Both the position numbers and the translations under genes were made by a program. Below the pieces are notes generated by a model, which was not told the origin of the DNA, did no database searches, and saw only the letters and a program-made list of their open reading frames with translations. A stretch of DNA of 63,675 bases, filler included, from Reticulomyxa filosa (lineage: Eukaryota > Protista > Foraminifera), in assembly GCA_000512085.1 (NCBI GenBank). It is 20 parts of 20 records of this genome, joined end to end, with 100 filler letters (N's around TTAATTAATTAA, not from the genome) between each part and the next. Parts side by side here need not be neighbours in the genome. Positions count along the whole stretch, not along the records: positions 37,748 to 39,360 come from ASPP01019393.1; positions 39,461 to 41,265 come from ASPP01037195.1; positions 41,366 to 44,696 come from ASPP01022855.1; positions 44,797 to 46,513 come from ASPP01021045.1; positions 46,614 to 60,207 come from ASPP01006377.1; 15 more parts are not named here. One strand, written 5' to 3'. Below are positions 37,748 through 50,562 of the stretch, in pieces (position 1 is the stretch's first letter; each line of letters starts with the position of its first letter).

Positions 37748-38439
37748 TCTTTCAATAACATTGTTTTCTTAAATACTCATTCTAATTTCATTCTCTATGA
37801 GCTTCAAATACTATATAACTAATAAACTTGTTTTGTTCTTACATAATTTAATTTTCTTTTTTTCTTTTTGAATCAGGACAAGTGAGTTAGTCCCACACTA
37901 AGAGTTTTTTGGTGTTTAGATTTACAGTAGCTGTATTGAACGATAGAAAAATCTATTTAAGAAAATTGTTATTCTAATATATCAAAAAATAAAATGGTTA
38001 AAGAAAATAAAGGGAAAAGACTTGGATTTAAATATATACATAAATATTGATATGGAATGATATTTATTTTGTAGTATGTTTATTGAAGAAAGGTAATTAT
38101 GGCATTCCAAAAAAGATAGTAAAATACTGATTTTAAATAAACACATAAATATTATTTCGAGTTAGATGATTTTATTTGGCAGTATGGTTATTTAAAGAAT
38201 ATTATTGCAAAGTACAGTATACTTGAGTTTCCGATATGTAAAGTGTTTCTCATGTGCAGGGTAAAAGTTCAGGTGAAGTTCAGAAATCATAGTAAAATTT
38301 AAAATTCAAAGTGATTCAAAAAGAAAAAAAGAAAATTAAATTATGTAAGAACAAAACAAGTTTATTAGTTATATAGTATTTGAAGCTCATAGAGAATGAA
38401 ATTAGAATGAGTATTTAAGAAAACAATGTTATTGAAAGA
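37748..38439. repeat. Perfect 128-bp inverted repeat (37748-37875 / 38312-38439)
   Basis: The arms are reverse complements by inspection. The left arm runs into the contig edge. Confidence 0.92.
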
Positions 38440-39460
38440 AGTTTATTTAAATATTGGAGAATTGAAATAGAATATAAAGAACAAGATTAGAAAAAATAGA
38501 ACTGAAAATAATATAAAATTTCAAAGGAAAAAGTACATGAAGTTCAAAAGAAAAAACTTTGTTATTGTTTCAGTTTTTTAGTTTTTAGTTTATCTTTAAG
38601 TGCGCTTTTACGTGAATATAAATTCCGGTTTTTTAAAAGTTTGAGGTTTATTACGTTTTATTATAAAAGTAAGTAAAGGAAAAGATTACAAGAAAAAAAG
38701 GTTAAAGAAATAAGTATTAAGTTTTACTTACTAGAAATAATGCAAGGAGAAATAGTATATTTAAAAGCAAGTTCCCCGAACCAGAAGAAAATAAATTGAA
38801 AATTTGTGTCAGAATTCTAGAAATTTTATTCTGTAATTTCAGAATTTTAAAATATTTTTCACATTATATATTTATATATAAATATTGTTGCTGAAGTACT
38901 GGTAGGCCCAGTAATGATTTGCAAGTTTTACCTAATTTGAAGTATATGATCACAATCACTTACTACACAATCTTGGCAGGTCTCATTTACACTAGGTATG
39001 ACAGTATTAATTCTTTACAATATCTACTATGATTTTAGACATGTAACACAAAATAAATAAATAATTAATAACTTGCGTAATCCGCATATAAAACTTTACA
39101 ATATTTATTTTATTGCAAGTAACTTAAATTTTTTAATGAAAAAAACTAATTTTTCATCTTTATTCTCCAACAGTTTTATGAAAATAATTTTAAATGACAA
39201 ATGGAATGCCAAACAATGGAAGAAGATTATCGTTGGATTTGTCTTCCGGATTACGAGGAACAAAAAGACCTCTGTCAAAAGATGATCAAAGTGACGGAGC
39301 AGACTCGCCAAACAAGAAGTAAAAAAGAAGATGAAAAGAAACAAGAATTGAACGACGACANNNNNNNNNNNNNNNNNNNNNNNNNNNNNNNNNNNNNNNN
39401 NNNNTTAATTAATTAANNNNNNNNNNNNNNNNNNNNNNNNNNNNNNNNNNNNNNNNNNNN

Positions 39461-39593
39461 AATGATATTTAAAAAGTACACAATTTGTAGATATTTTTAA
39501 AAAATTAGGTCTGGATGTTGTTTTTTCGTGTAGAAAATCAATTATCTTTATAATATGTCGTTTTATGTGTCAGCTTTACTTTGCATTCTACTG
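39461..39593 (-). repeat. DNA-transposon terminal repeat copy
   Basis: Matches 5229-5361, ending CTTTGCATTCTACTG. Confidence 0.72.
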
Positions 39594-40179
39594 TTGTATA
39601 CAAAAAAATTTTCTAAGGCTTGAACGACAAACTTTACCAAAGTCAATTGGCTTGAGGCTTCTTTTTCATTCATAAAAGTGGTCATTTTTTAAATTTGTTT
39701 TCTCTTAAGTCTAATCTCAGATGATTCAATAAAAAAAATGTTTCAACTTTTTCCTTTTAAGGTCAATGAAAAGTTGAACATGAAAAGAATTATCGTGTAA
39801 TCTATTTGACAAATGATGTATTATCTATTTTACAACGCAACACATACTCCATTTGTAAATAAAGTTATTTTGTTATACATTAATCATCAAATACAAAAAA
39901 GTCAAATAATCAAATATAATTGGAAAAAGAATTAAAAGTTTAACAGATATGCATATGTATATGTAAATAGTGTTATATTATTGAATGTGTCTCAATTAAT
40001 AAAATTTAAATATGAAAGATATGGAAAATATAAAAAGGACATTCGAATAATGTAAAAGACGTAAAAATATCTTCCGGGAGGTTTATGCTGAAATTCGCTC
40101 TATAAGAAAATGGCCTTTTGTTTTTTAAATTTTGTCTGAAATAAAAAATTTCAGTTTTTCCAATCGTAAAGAACCAAAC

Positions 40180-41265
40180 ATGTCAAACCGAGTTTGTCTA
40201 GCAAACCTGCAAAAAAAAAGGGATATTGGAGCTACTGACTACACGTGTTTAAAACATGTGACTGACAAACAAAAAATAAAAGGAAAAATATTTTGTGATT
40301 GAACCTTATGGCAATGAAAAAGTAATTTTCAATGCAATTGATCTAAGCAACAAAGGACGAATAGAAAGATCAAAAGAGGCAAATTGGAAACATTTATTGC
40401 AAATAATCAAAGATCAACTAAAATTAACAGATACATCCACATTTCTTTTTATAAAAAAAGACAATCCAGACGATCAAATTGACAATGATGGTGATCTAAT
40501 GGACCTTTGGAATGAACTCAATAAAAATATAAAAGTAATGCATTACACGCTAAAAATGGTTAGACTAATTTGTATATTTTAATTATTAAATAAAATAACA
40601 ATGTGTGTATTATGTATGTGGTTCTACAAACAAGCGATGCTTACTAATAACGAAAGAAGATAAGCTCATGACATGGTGCCCAAAAAACTCCGATGATCCG
40701 AATTTCCGTCACGAAATGGAAACAAAAAATTGGAGCCAACACTTTGAGGATTTGAAACAATTTGTGGGAATATCAACAAATAATGAATGGTTAAGCGAAA
40801 GTGATCAAGACAAGAAAATACAAAGTGGTGAAGATTTGAAGGTGATTTGGGCAGAGCGATATAATGATAGTGAAACATGTTATTTGCGATTGAAAGTAAT
40901 TAGTGACAATATCGGCGAAAGTGGAGAGACCGGAGAAGAGCAAGCAGATGAGAACATAAAAACGAAAAAGGAAGAGGAAGAGAATGGAAGAGATTTCAAT
41001 CCAAGCGACAACAAGTTTGACACAGACAAGGAGACGAATGAAGAGGGCAAGGAAGGTAATATGACATCTCCACCCGCATCTGTGAAAGCTGAACACCACA
41101 AACAGCAAGAAGACGAGCCGACAAAAGACAAGGGCGTGCAAGGATACCCCGTCAATGAAGATGAGAAAGAGAAAGAAAAAGAAAAAGAGACAAAGAAAGA
41201 GACAAAGAAAGAGAAAGAAACAGAGAAAGAAAAAGAAAAAGAGAAAGAAAAAGAAAAAGAGAAAG
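40180..41265 (+). CDS. Protein with two tandem PB1-like repeats and a KE-rich tail (3' partial, spliced)
   Basis: NWKHLLQIIK..DDQIDNDGDLMDLW..YTLKM and NWSQHFEDLK..DKKIQSGEDLKVIW..YLRLKV. Confidence 0.6.
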
Positions 41266-41680
41266 NNNNNNNNNNNNNNNNNNNNNNNNNNNNNNNNNNN
41301 NNNNNNNNNTTAATTAATTAANNNNNNNNNNNNNNNNNNNNNNNNNNNNNNNNNNNNNNNNNNNNATGCTTTGAAAGTTAAATGTCAATCAAATTAAGAT
41401 GAATAAAATCTGTGCGCTTTAACTCGGTTGTGTTTGCATGTTTGTGGTTCAGAGTAAGATTGACTACTTGTTGTTTTCGTCATTCAATTATTCAAACATC
41501 TTTCACAGCCATCCCGGTGCAAAATCTTTATAAAAAAAAATCTACAATATCAAATACAATATTAATATCGTAAAAATGAATAAACATACTATTTAAATCA
41601 AATTATTTACAAGACGAGGCTTCCACAGTAGATATATAATAACTACCGTTACAAACAAATAAAAACACCAACAAAAATTC

Positions 41681-42570
41681 TTAATATTTCGTATGCCCAC
41701 CACTTGCTTTGATCACAGATTTTATCATATCATGCATGGATTCCACTAACTTTCTACAAATATCTTTGTCAATCTTCACATTCTTTCTCAAACACATCAC
41801 AAAGCTGCTCCAAAGATTTAACTTCATGGTTTTGGTGGATCTTCATCTTTATAATTCGACATAGACTCTCGATTGAATTGATGTCTTGGCTCTGCAGAAG
41901 ATGTTTTAATAGCGCTATTCGATGATTCTCCAAAAATTACATCGTTGAATTTGACTTGTGACAAGATGCATTGTCTTGATTAAAGATACTTTTCTTCGAG
42001 ACAATATTAACGAAATTTCAAGATTTCGTCATCGAGAATCTCTTTATACAACTCAGAGTTAACAGTCAATATGATTTTGGCAGCATCAATGACTCCTTTT
42101 GCCCCATGCATACCCAAATCATCATGCTTCCTCTACTACCTTTCACAGTAAGCTTAGTAGTACGATCGGAAATCATTTCATTAGGTCTTCGCCAAATGTA
42201 TTCTTTTACAGTCACTTCCAAAACGATTTATTTTCGTTTCATCAGAAAAAATCACTTTTCTCCAATCACTTTTACTGGGATTTTAAAATGTTCTTCACAG
42301 TTCTCACTGAGAACGCTCTTTTATATGTTCGTGCGAGTAATCGCTGTAAATTTACTGCTGTTTGTGCATAGAATCTCTCTATCAGTCCGCGTTTTAGGAC
42401 ATACAGAGTCTTTTTTGCGTGTAATCGTTCCAATGTTGAGGATGCTGATGTAAACTTTTTTTACTTTGTCATGATGATCCCAAATTGCTGGCCAGCATAC
42501 GATACGATATTCTCATACGTATTCTTTCAAATAAAATTCATTGTTGTATTCCAGACAGCTTGTGAGTCAT
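41681..42570 (-). mobile_element. Tc1-family (DD34E) transposase pseudogene
   Basis: WRKVIFSDETKINRFGSD, IWRRPNE, TVKGSRGSMMIW, IFNQDNASCHKS, SQDINSIE, GGHTKY*. Confidence 0.92.
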
Positions 42571-43451
42571 AACTAGAAGCCAAAGAATAACAATAAAAAC
42601 AAAAAACTTGAAAAAGAAAAGTTTAGATTGAAAATTGTGACCAACTAAATCAAGTCCAACAGGAAAACTGCCCTTCAAATCATTTTTAAAATTTTTTTTC
42701 TTACAACAACTTTTCTAAATTTTTGTTTATTGTTTTTACAAACTACTTATAAGAGTGTAAACGTATATCCAGTAAACCAGAAAAAATAATCACAATTTGC
42801 TACTTAGAAACACGAAAAGTTCATATTTTAGTTTTTGCTAATTTTTTTTTATCACAACTTTATGACTTAGTCTTGTGCATATTTTACACATTTGATATCC
42901 ATTGTCGATATATACTGACAGTTAATGAGCTTAAATACTGTTGAAGATACTATATTGACATTAATTCCAATCAGATAATGTCATAATATATTTACACATA
43001 TAATACTAACTAATATCGATGGAACCACCCTAGAAAGTTAAACACCAGTGACCTATATTATCTAGATCATCATATGTTAGTCTATTATCCATAATGTTTT
43101 TTGTAAGTTATATATCTAAAATTTTATGATATTATACTATATACTTAACATAATTTTTTGTTGTAAATTTTAAAAATGTATAATCATTTATTCAAAGATT
43201 TTTTGCATTTTAAACAATTTGTGTGTTTTTTTGACGTTATATTGACATATTTGTTCTTTATTTTAAAAATATTTATAACTTTTTTTGGGATTAATTTTCG
43301 AAAATGACATCTTAAATACTTAATTATTTTGTCAATATGATTATTTGATCTTTTTTATCAAAAGATCTGATATTGCGTGAACCAATCTTTGAAAATAAGG
43401 TAGAAGCCAGTTTTGAGAACAATAAGAAAACAAAAATTGGAATTAGAACAA

Positions 43452-44206
43452 TCAATATTCCCATTTTTTGACATCTTGCCCAGTGGGCAAAACCCTATCT
43501 TTTCCATCATAATCTTTATTTCTCACTTCGTCCCAGTTAGTTGACAGCACAGTGCCACCACTGGTTTGGAACGATTTATTCATGGCTTTCCTTTGCTCGT
43601 CTGTCGCATTTGAATATATCTGTTGAAATAATTTTTGCAAAGCCTCATCACCTTCCGGCTTTTCATTTTCTAACTCTTGGGTTGTCTCTTTTGATATCTT
43701 GTTCCAATCTCGACTTGTTGTCCAAGGAGCTTTTGTTCCTTGATTCGTCCCACTAGATGATACATTCTCTCTCGTTTTTACCGTGGTACTTGAGGCTTCT
43801 TGTTTTCTTTCTAATGAGCCCCATTCGTTACTTACTTTTTTCTTTTTTTTATTACAAAAAACACGTCTAAAACTTTTGTATCCTTTTTTTTTGTAAAACA
43901 AGTGCTCCTTTTCTGTGAGTATAAATAAATGGGGCATACTTGAAGGATGATGATAATTTTGTAAGCGTTTACTTCAAGCTGCGTTTTTTCTGGAATCACT
44001 TCTTCAAATAAATGTAAGCGTTCTATGTGTTCCGTGTTGTCTGCCATTGATAGCTTGATTTCCAATGTTTTGTTGTCTTCAAATCTTGTTGTCACGTTCT
44101 CTCGTTTCAAGTTTTTTAGATAAAGAACGTATGTTACGTCTTGTTTGTTTTGATACCAAGTTGTTCGATAGCTTGGTTTGTTAGCCACTTCAATATTCTC
44201 GCTCAT
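43452..44206 (-). CDS. SGT1: SGT1 Hsp90 co-chaperone (CS + SGS domains, one intron)
   Basis: YRTTWYQ (CS); [43 protein letters not shown] (SGS). Confidence 0.95.
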
Positions 44207-44861
44207 TATTGCACAGTTCTCAAAAACCTTTTTTTTGCTCGTACCCCCGTTCAAAAAAAAGGGGGGTGCGGTGTATGAAATTTTATATGAACTATACGAG
44301 CTAAACCAATAACAAGTTTACTACACTGGCACACAAGTGTGGCAGTAGACCATCCTTTCCCTTTTTTTTTTGCCTTGAAAACAAAATGAAAAGAATTTTT
44401 GTTAGTTTTTATTTTCTCTCTTTGTGTCAGACAATCTTATTGTTGCCTAAAAATTCTTTATTGAGTAAAGTATTTAAAGACGACATTTACAAGTGTTGTT
44501 TAACAATTATAATCTTTTTTCTAATTTTTGGAAAAATTAAACAAGGATTTAAAATGACATAAAGACAAAACGAAGGACCAATATAACAAAGAGATAAAGA
44601 AAAAACATGCCAAAACAAAAAAAGAAATGATATTGTTAACAATTGGGAAAAAGACACAAACTGTGTTTAAGCAAAAATTCTCAAATTGAAATCCCANNNN
44701 NNNNNNNNNNNNNNNNNNNNNNNNNNNNNNNNNNNNNNNNTTAATTAATTAANNNNNNNNNNNNNNNNNNNNNNNNNNNNNNNNNNNNNNNNNNNNAAAA
44801 AAAAAAAAACAAACAAACTATAGAAGGTAGTCAGTGCTTAATTAATCCAACAATAACACAG

Positions 44862-45173
44862 TGCCTCTATTCATCTGGTGCTTGTGACTTTTATTTTGTG
44901 CAAAAATCATTTTGGTCGATTTGCTTTTTAGGAACGATTATGTTCATGATTTGCTTGCCTTGTTGTTTATATCACAAGTGTGGGATTGATTGGGAGTCTG
45001 AATTTGATGATGCATACACTTTGCAAAGAGGGGATGGATATATATTCAAAGGTGGTGCTCCAATGACTGGGAGGTGTATGTATATTTCTTTTTTCATTTT
45101 GGGCATGTTTTTTCTAATTCTGGCCATATTTGGGTTCATTTTGGGACTATCATGTGCCGGTTCAGAAATGTGA
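44862..45173 (+). CDS. 3' exon of a small membrane protein
   Basis: Two hydrophobic helices flank a polar loop; ends in TGA. Confidence 0.55.
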   Translation, partial: CLYSSGACDFYFVQKSFWSICFLGTIMFMICLPCCLYHKCGIDWESEFDDAYTLQRGDGYIFKGGAPMTGRCMYISFFILGMFFLILAIFGFILGLSCAGSEM

Positions 45174-45698
45174 AAATCTCAAATCACACCCATACTTCAT
45201 AGTAAAGGACGACAACAACAATAAAACATCAATCACAACGAGTCGAACTGTAACAAAAAGCACACCATTTTTCTTACCTTTGTGCGATTGTTGAAACGTT
45301 TTATTTTAAATTAAAAATAAAAAAAATTTCTTCAACATTTTGAAGCCACTGTGATGTTATTATTGGAAATTTCTTTTATGTTACTGTTTTGTGATGACTT
45401 TTGCTTTCACATTTTTCCTTTGAGTGTAGATCGATTTCAATCGCGAACTTTGTTGAGACCACAAATTGAGACAAATGAGCTGTCCATACATAAACATTGT
45501 TTGCATTTTGTTTGTCAAATAAAAAATGAATTCGAAAGGATTCATTCCGATTGTTGCAAAGATAAAAATAAAAACTGACGTTGATTTCACTACCCTTTTG
45601 GGGGCTGAATTTTTTTAAAAGTTCATTAATTTTTCTGAAAAAATATAAAGTTCATTGGGATCTCTTCCAATAGTGAGGGATCATAAAATTAAGAAGCT

Positions 45699-46513
45699 AT
45701 GAAGAACGTTGATAATCTGGTTCACTTTTATGTTTCTCTTTGTATGATGTTATTACGGACATGTGTTGTTTGTAAGAAGAAAAATTTATATTACACATAC
45801 CTAGATCGACCCCCGACTGTTGTCTTTGGGAGAAGCCCGTCGAACATCGAAGCTATCTTCGGCGGGGGGAACAGGAAGCAATATGAATGCAAGAGAAATG
45901 AGTCAAAGAAGGAAGTCATTAGCGCAAAGTTATCAAGAGCTGCGAAATTCAATACGTCCAGCATCGGGTCTGTCAATAGCATCGACATTCACAGATGACA
46001 CAATTGTATTAGATATCGGAGGAAGGTTCACAAAAGCAGGAATTGTCGGAGAGCCAGCACCACGAGTGATATGTGACACAAAGTTGTATTTGGGTGATAT
46101 TCGAGTGTCCAACCCATTTCCGCACCAAGTGTTCAAAGAAGGAGCAAAGGTACCTTATTTCGAAGTCCAAACTTTAATCTTTGTTTGTTGAATCCCATTC
46201 ATTTCATTTGTTTATTTGTTGGTTTGTTTTGTTCATTTAAAAAAAAATACAATTTCGATTGAATCAATAAAAAATGGCAAATGTAATATGAATGGGGACA
46301 TTTGAAATGCGAAATCAAACTAACAACATCGGGGATTAAATGGAATAGCTGTTGCCAGTAATTTTATCTCTCTCGAAAGTCCAACTCTCCGCGCAAACAT
46401 GGAATGAAATTGCACACATACTAGTGCATGATCTGTTGTTCAGGCAAGACAGTGCAAAACAAAAAATAATAACAAAAAAAGGCCAAGGGGTTATCCAAGT
46501 GATTGTATTTTGC
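45699..46513 (+). CDS. Actin-related protein, Arp10/Arp11-like (3' partial, spliced)
   Basis: TIVLDIGGRFTKAGIVGEPAPRVI is the actin-fold N-terminal motif. Subfamily call is tentative. Confidence 0.75.
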
Positions 46514-46615
46514 NNNNNNNNNNNNNNNNNNNNNNNNNNNNNNNNNNNNNNNNNNNNTTAATTAATTAANNNNNNNNNNNNNNNNNNNNNNNNNNNNNNN
46601 NNNNNNNNNNNNNGG

Positions 46616-46653
<38 letters not shown>

Positions 46654-46705
46654 GGCATGTAGGGGACATGGACAAGAAAGATATTACGCAAATCCAAACA
46701 AAGTA

Positions 46706-47617
46706 CGTATATCCATCTTTGCATTGGCTGTGTTAACTGAAGAAAACGGTGACGTAGACAAAGGGTTCGGTGACAAGAGCGACTCATTTACTCCGAAAGA
46801 CCTTTTCCCACCAAGATAGCCATCTTGGTGTTGCATTTTAGGTGCTTGCTATTCGATAACGACAGATTAAAATGTTAAAAAAAAACTTCTTTTTTTTATA
46901 TGCATATCATAATCATAATGAGCATATTCAAATTATGGGTGCAAAAAAAAAAAAGTACGTGAAGGCATCTCAAAGTTTGTCCATGGATCAGAGATGGGTC
47001 ATTTATTTAAAAAAAAAAAAAAAAAAAACTTTTCTTTGCAACTCAACTTGCGACGGTAGGTCAGTGGCTTGCTGCACGTGGCCATATCTTGTGTAGCTGA
47101 CATCAGTCGGATGAATCCCATTTGTATACGACAAACCACGACTTGGTGTCGCAATATATGCTGGTGTGGCTTTATGTGCTGGCACTGTTGAGATTGGAAG
47201 TGATACTGGGCCGTTGGCTCTTTGCGAGTCACTGGTCATATTGCCGCCTTGTTGCCCGTGATGCTGAACGCTATGGTCGTGGGCTCGCATCGAAAAATTG
47301 TATGCGCTTTCGTCCGAACGCATCGGTGCACTGCCCATCCTCGCCAACTTTGGATTCACTTGCATTGTATTCGAATGCGCAGAGCTAAATGATACACCAT
47401 TATTGCTGGCCCCAAAATGAGGGTGAACTCCATTACTATTTATTGAAGTACTACGTCTTGCGACTGGATGCGACGGCTCATCGTAAGATACGTGTCCGCT
47501 AGGGACGCTTTGAGACTTGCTACTATCTTCGCTGCTTAAACTCGTTGTATGCACAAGAGTGCTCAACGATGAAAGTCCAGTTGCTAGTCCTTTTTGTGGT
47601 ATTGAATAGCTAGACAT
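46706..47617 (-). CDS. Ser/His-rich low-complexity N-terminus of an unknown protein (3' partial, spliced)
   Basis: An open first exon of about 195 codons is followed by GT-AG introns. Confidence 0.65.
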
Positions 47618-48416
47618 CACCCGAAATAACTATTTAGTTTTAGTTTCCCCTAATATGTTGAAGTTCTTCGCCGCAGGCGAACCAGTTAGTGGAAGAAAAA
47701 AAAATCCAATACAGTACACTGTCGTCATATTGAGCATAAAAATTAACCAGTATATATATTAATTAATATGGTGATGTAATATATTGTCTGAAAATATGTT
47801 GCTAAACTAAACAACTCAAAGCAAGAAGAAAAGACCGAACCGTAATTTTTTTAATTATGATGCAAAAAATTGCCTGTTCTATAAACGATACTATTTTGAC
47901 TTTTGGGAACGAATAAACATACTGTTTCCAAACTTTTTTCCTGTGCCGTGCTGGCGCGCTCTGTGAGGCTACCTTCCGGTCAGAACTTGTACATGCTCTC
48001 ATTATTAGCCATTTTGAGTTGGGTGAGTTTGTCAACTGGGACAATTTATTTCAAAGAAACGTTTGACATCAATTCTTTTGCAAATAATCTTGGGTTGCTT
48101 CTAAATGGTCAGTTTTTTTAGTACTACCATAAAAGATTGTTTTATGGCATGCAAATATAAAAAAGTTATCATAAAACTAATTTCATATTTAAAAACTGCA
48201 AGATTTATATATATTTTGAAACGAAAAATTACATTTAAACGTTTATTTTCCATGGAAAAATTCGATTTTCTTAATAGTGATGCCATTATGTATTACAGTT
48301 TTTTACAATATACTGTATTTACTACTTTACAAAAAGATCAAACTGAATCTGCATAAATCTTTTAGCTGCGGTCCTCCACCACAATTCAAAAAAAAAAGGG
48401 CACCAGCCCATGTATA

Positions 48417-49283
48417 ATGACCGACCCAAATGTTACCCAAAAAGCAAAAACATTAGCCTGTTTTGTGGAAATTTTATTGTTGATATGTGAATTAACAGTC
48501 GGGAACCATTTATGTACACATTTGAGTGCGTATCTAACACCAAAGCCAAGGAACGGTGAACCGATGATTATAGCGAAATGTGCCATGTATTCCATATTTC
48601 AAGTGCTGTTGATATTTATACTAACGTATTCAATGGCATGGAATTTTTGCACAAGACCAAGTGTGATTTTCAACAAAATGGGGCTGAGTCGATCAACTTG
48701 CAAAGTGAGCTGGAAGATGATAGCAATCGTGACCAGTTGTCACATCGTGAGCACGTATTTATTGGATTATTTACAAAACCATTATTTTTTATCAGCAATG
48801 AAAGTGGTTCAATTGGATGCCAAAAGACTAAGCGATCCGTACGCGGTAATTCGCATCATAGTGTTTGCACCTTTGATCGAAGAGATAGTATGCCGTGGCT
48901 TTATATTTTTGATACTAATAAAATATGTGTCTAATTCGAATCGGTTTAGATTAATTGTGATATCCTCGTTTATTTTTGCTTTGATTCATTTATCAAACCT
49001 GTTTCAAAGTGCAAATACAGTAAGCGATGAATATTTGGTTTTGCAAATTGTCTACGGGTTCATTGTTAGCATTTTTTATGGCACTCGAATGATGTGCAAT
49101 GACTTATGTATTGTTGAATGCATTATTTTGCATGTCTTTAATAACCTTATTTCTCTCTTTGCTATGCCTCCATTTCGATCTGTTGACGTGTGGCAAAATC
49201 CTATTGCCGTTTTTGGGGCTATTCAATCCATCTTTGTTTACTCTCTGTTGAGTGTCTATTCATGGAGGCTGTCTAAGCACTAA
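48417..49283 (+). CDS. CPBP (Rce1/Abi, CAAX protease II) intramembrane protease, intronless
   Basis: PLIEEIVCRG (EExxxR), SSFIFALIH (FxxxH), ILHVFNN (HxxxN). Confidence 0.92.
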   Translation: MTDPNVTQKAKTLACFVEILLLICELTVGNHLCTHLSAYLTPKPRNGEPMIIAKCAMYSIFQVLLIFILTYSMAWNFCTRPSVIFNKMGLSRSTCKVSWKMIAIVTSCHIVSTYLLDYLQNHYFLSAMKVVQLDAKRLSDPYAVIRIIVFAPLIEEIVCRGFIFLILIKYVSNSNRFRLIVISSFIFALIHLSNLFQSANTVSDEYLVLQIVYGFIVSIFYGTRMMCNDLCIVECIILHVFNNLISLFAMPPFRSVDVWQNPIAVFGAIQSIFVYSLLSVYSWRLSKH

Positions 49284-50562
49284 ATTTTTTTTTTGAAGCC
49301 TTTGTTGCTTCGCTCAATCTTTAAATTTGATTTTTTTTAAATGCAACTACTACACCAATCACGCCAAATATCTCTGTAGTTTTCAAAGAGTAAAGTGCTA
49401 CAATTCCTTATTTTGGTCAAAATCGAATTTAAAAATCTAATAGTTTTCTTTAAAATGTATGAATATTTTTTTTAAAACAAACGTTATTTATACTCGTAAA
49501 AAAGTTGTTTTATTTGTTCATTTTTTGGTCTGATATTCGAAACACGCGGGTCGGAAAGAATGGACCAAATAGAACATGGACGTACTTTTTAGAAGAGTGA
49601 TCGTATATGTCCACATAATTTTCCTGTTGTTTTGTTGTAATATTTACATCCATTTGATTTAATAAAAGCAGACAGTCACAAGTATAGCTTCTCTAAAACA
49701 AAAAAAAAAGTTGAATAGCCGAGTAAACAAGTTGATGTACACAACTTAAAAAAGGTTGCCCTGCTGGAATTTATGAACTTTTCTACCAGGAGTTAAACAA
49801 GGTTTTTGGCTTAAGGGATAAAAGAGTAAACTAACATAATCATGTTTTTGAAATAATTACCTAGTTTCGACCTGTTGCCCTACATTCTGGTGCTTGAAAA
49901 TTAGAAAAAAACGAGTCACCTGTAAGCACTGAAAAGTTGATATTTTTAAAAGGTAAAGAACGAAGACTTTTATTTTCCTTGGTTTGCGTACAAAATGAAG
50001 GTCTTTTTCTAACACAAAAATTGGCGATAATGGCGGTCACTATTTTATGAGGAGCACGATTCTTTTCCGTGATACACGATTAGTCAATATTGTCTTTGAA
50101 TTTAAATCAAAACAAGCAAACTTTGATGTTAAGGAAATGTGTAATAATAGCCCCTATTTATGGATTTTCTTTTTTACTTTTTGTTACTGTTTGCTTTTAA
50201 AAAGCTTTGAGCACACAACAAAAAAGATTAAATATCGATCTTTGCAAATTGTGCTATGTTTTTTAATATAAAAGATTCAATATGCACAATTTTTTTTTAA
50301 AAAAATTTTTTGCAAAGAGGAATGATCGTTGAAGCAAATTTTCATTCAATTTGGGGCAGTATTTTGACAATGGGTTTAACCTCATCCGACACACACATTT
50401 CTTCACATAAAAAAAGGGATTTACATACAGCGCTGTTCCTGCAAAAAAATTTTTGCTTTTCGAATTAAAAAAGTTCGCTTATGCTTTTGTTGAGCTTCAC
50501 CTCAAAGAAAGAGCCTACGTCTTGAACTTACAGCTCGACTAACTTTAGACATCGGAAAGAGA

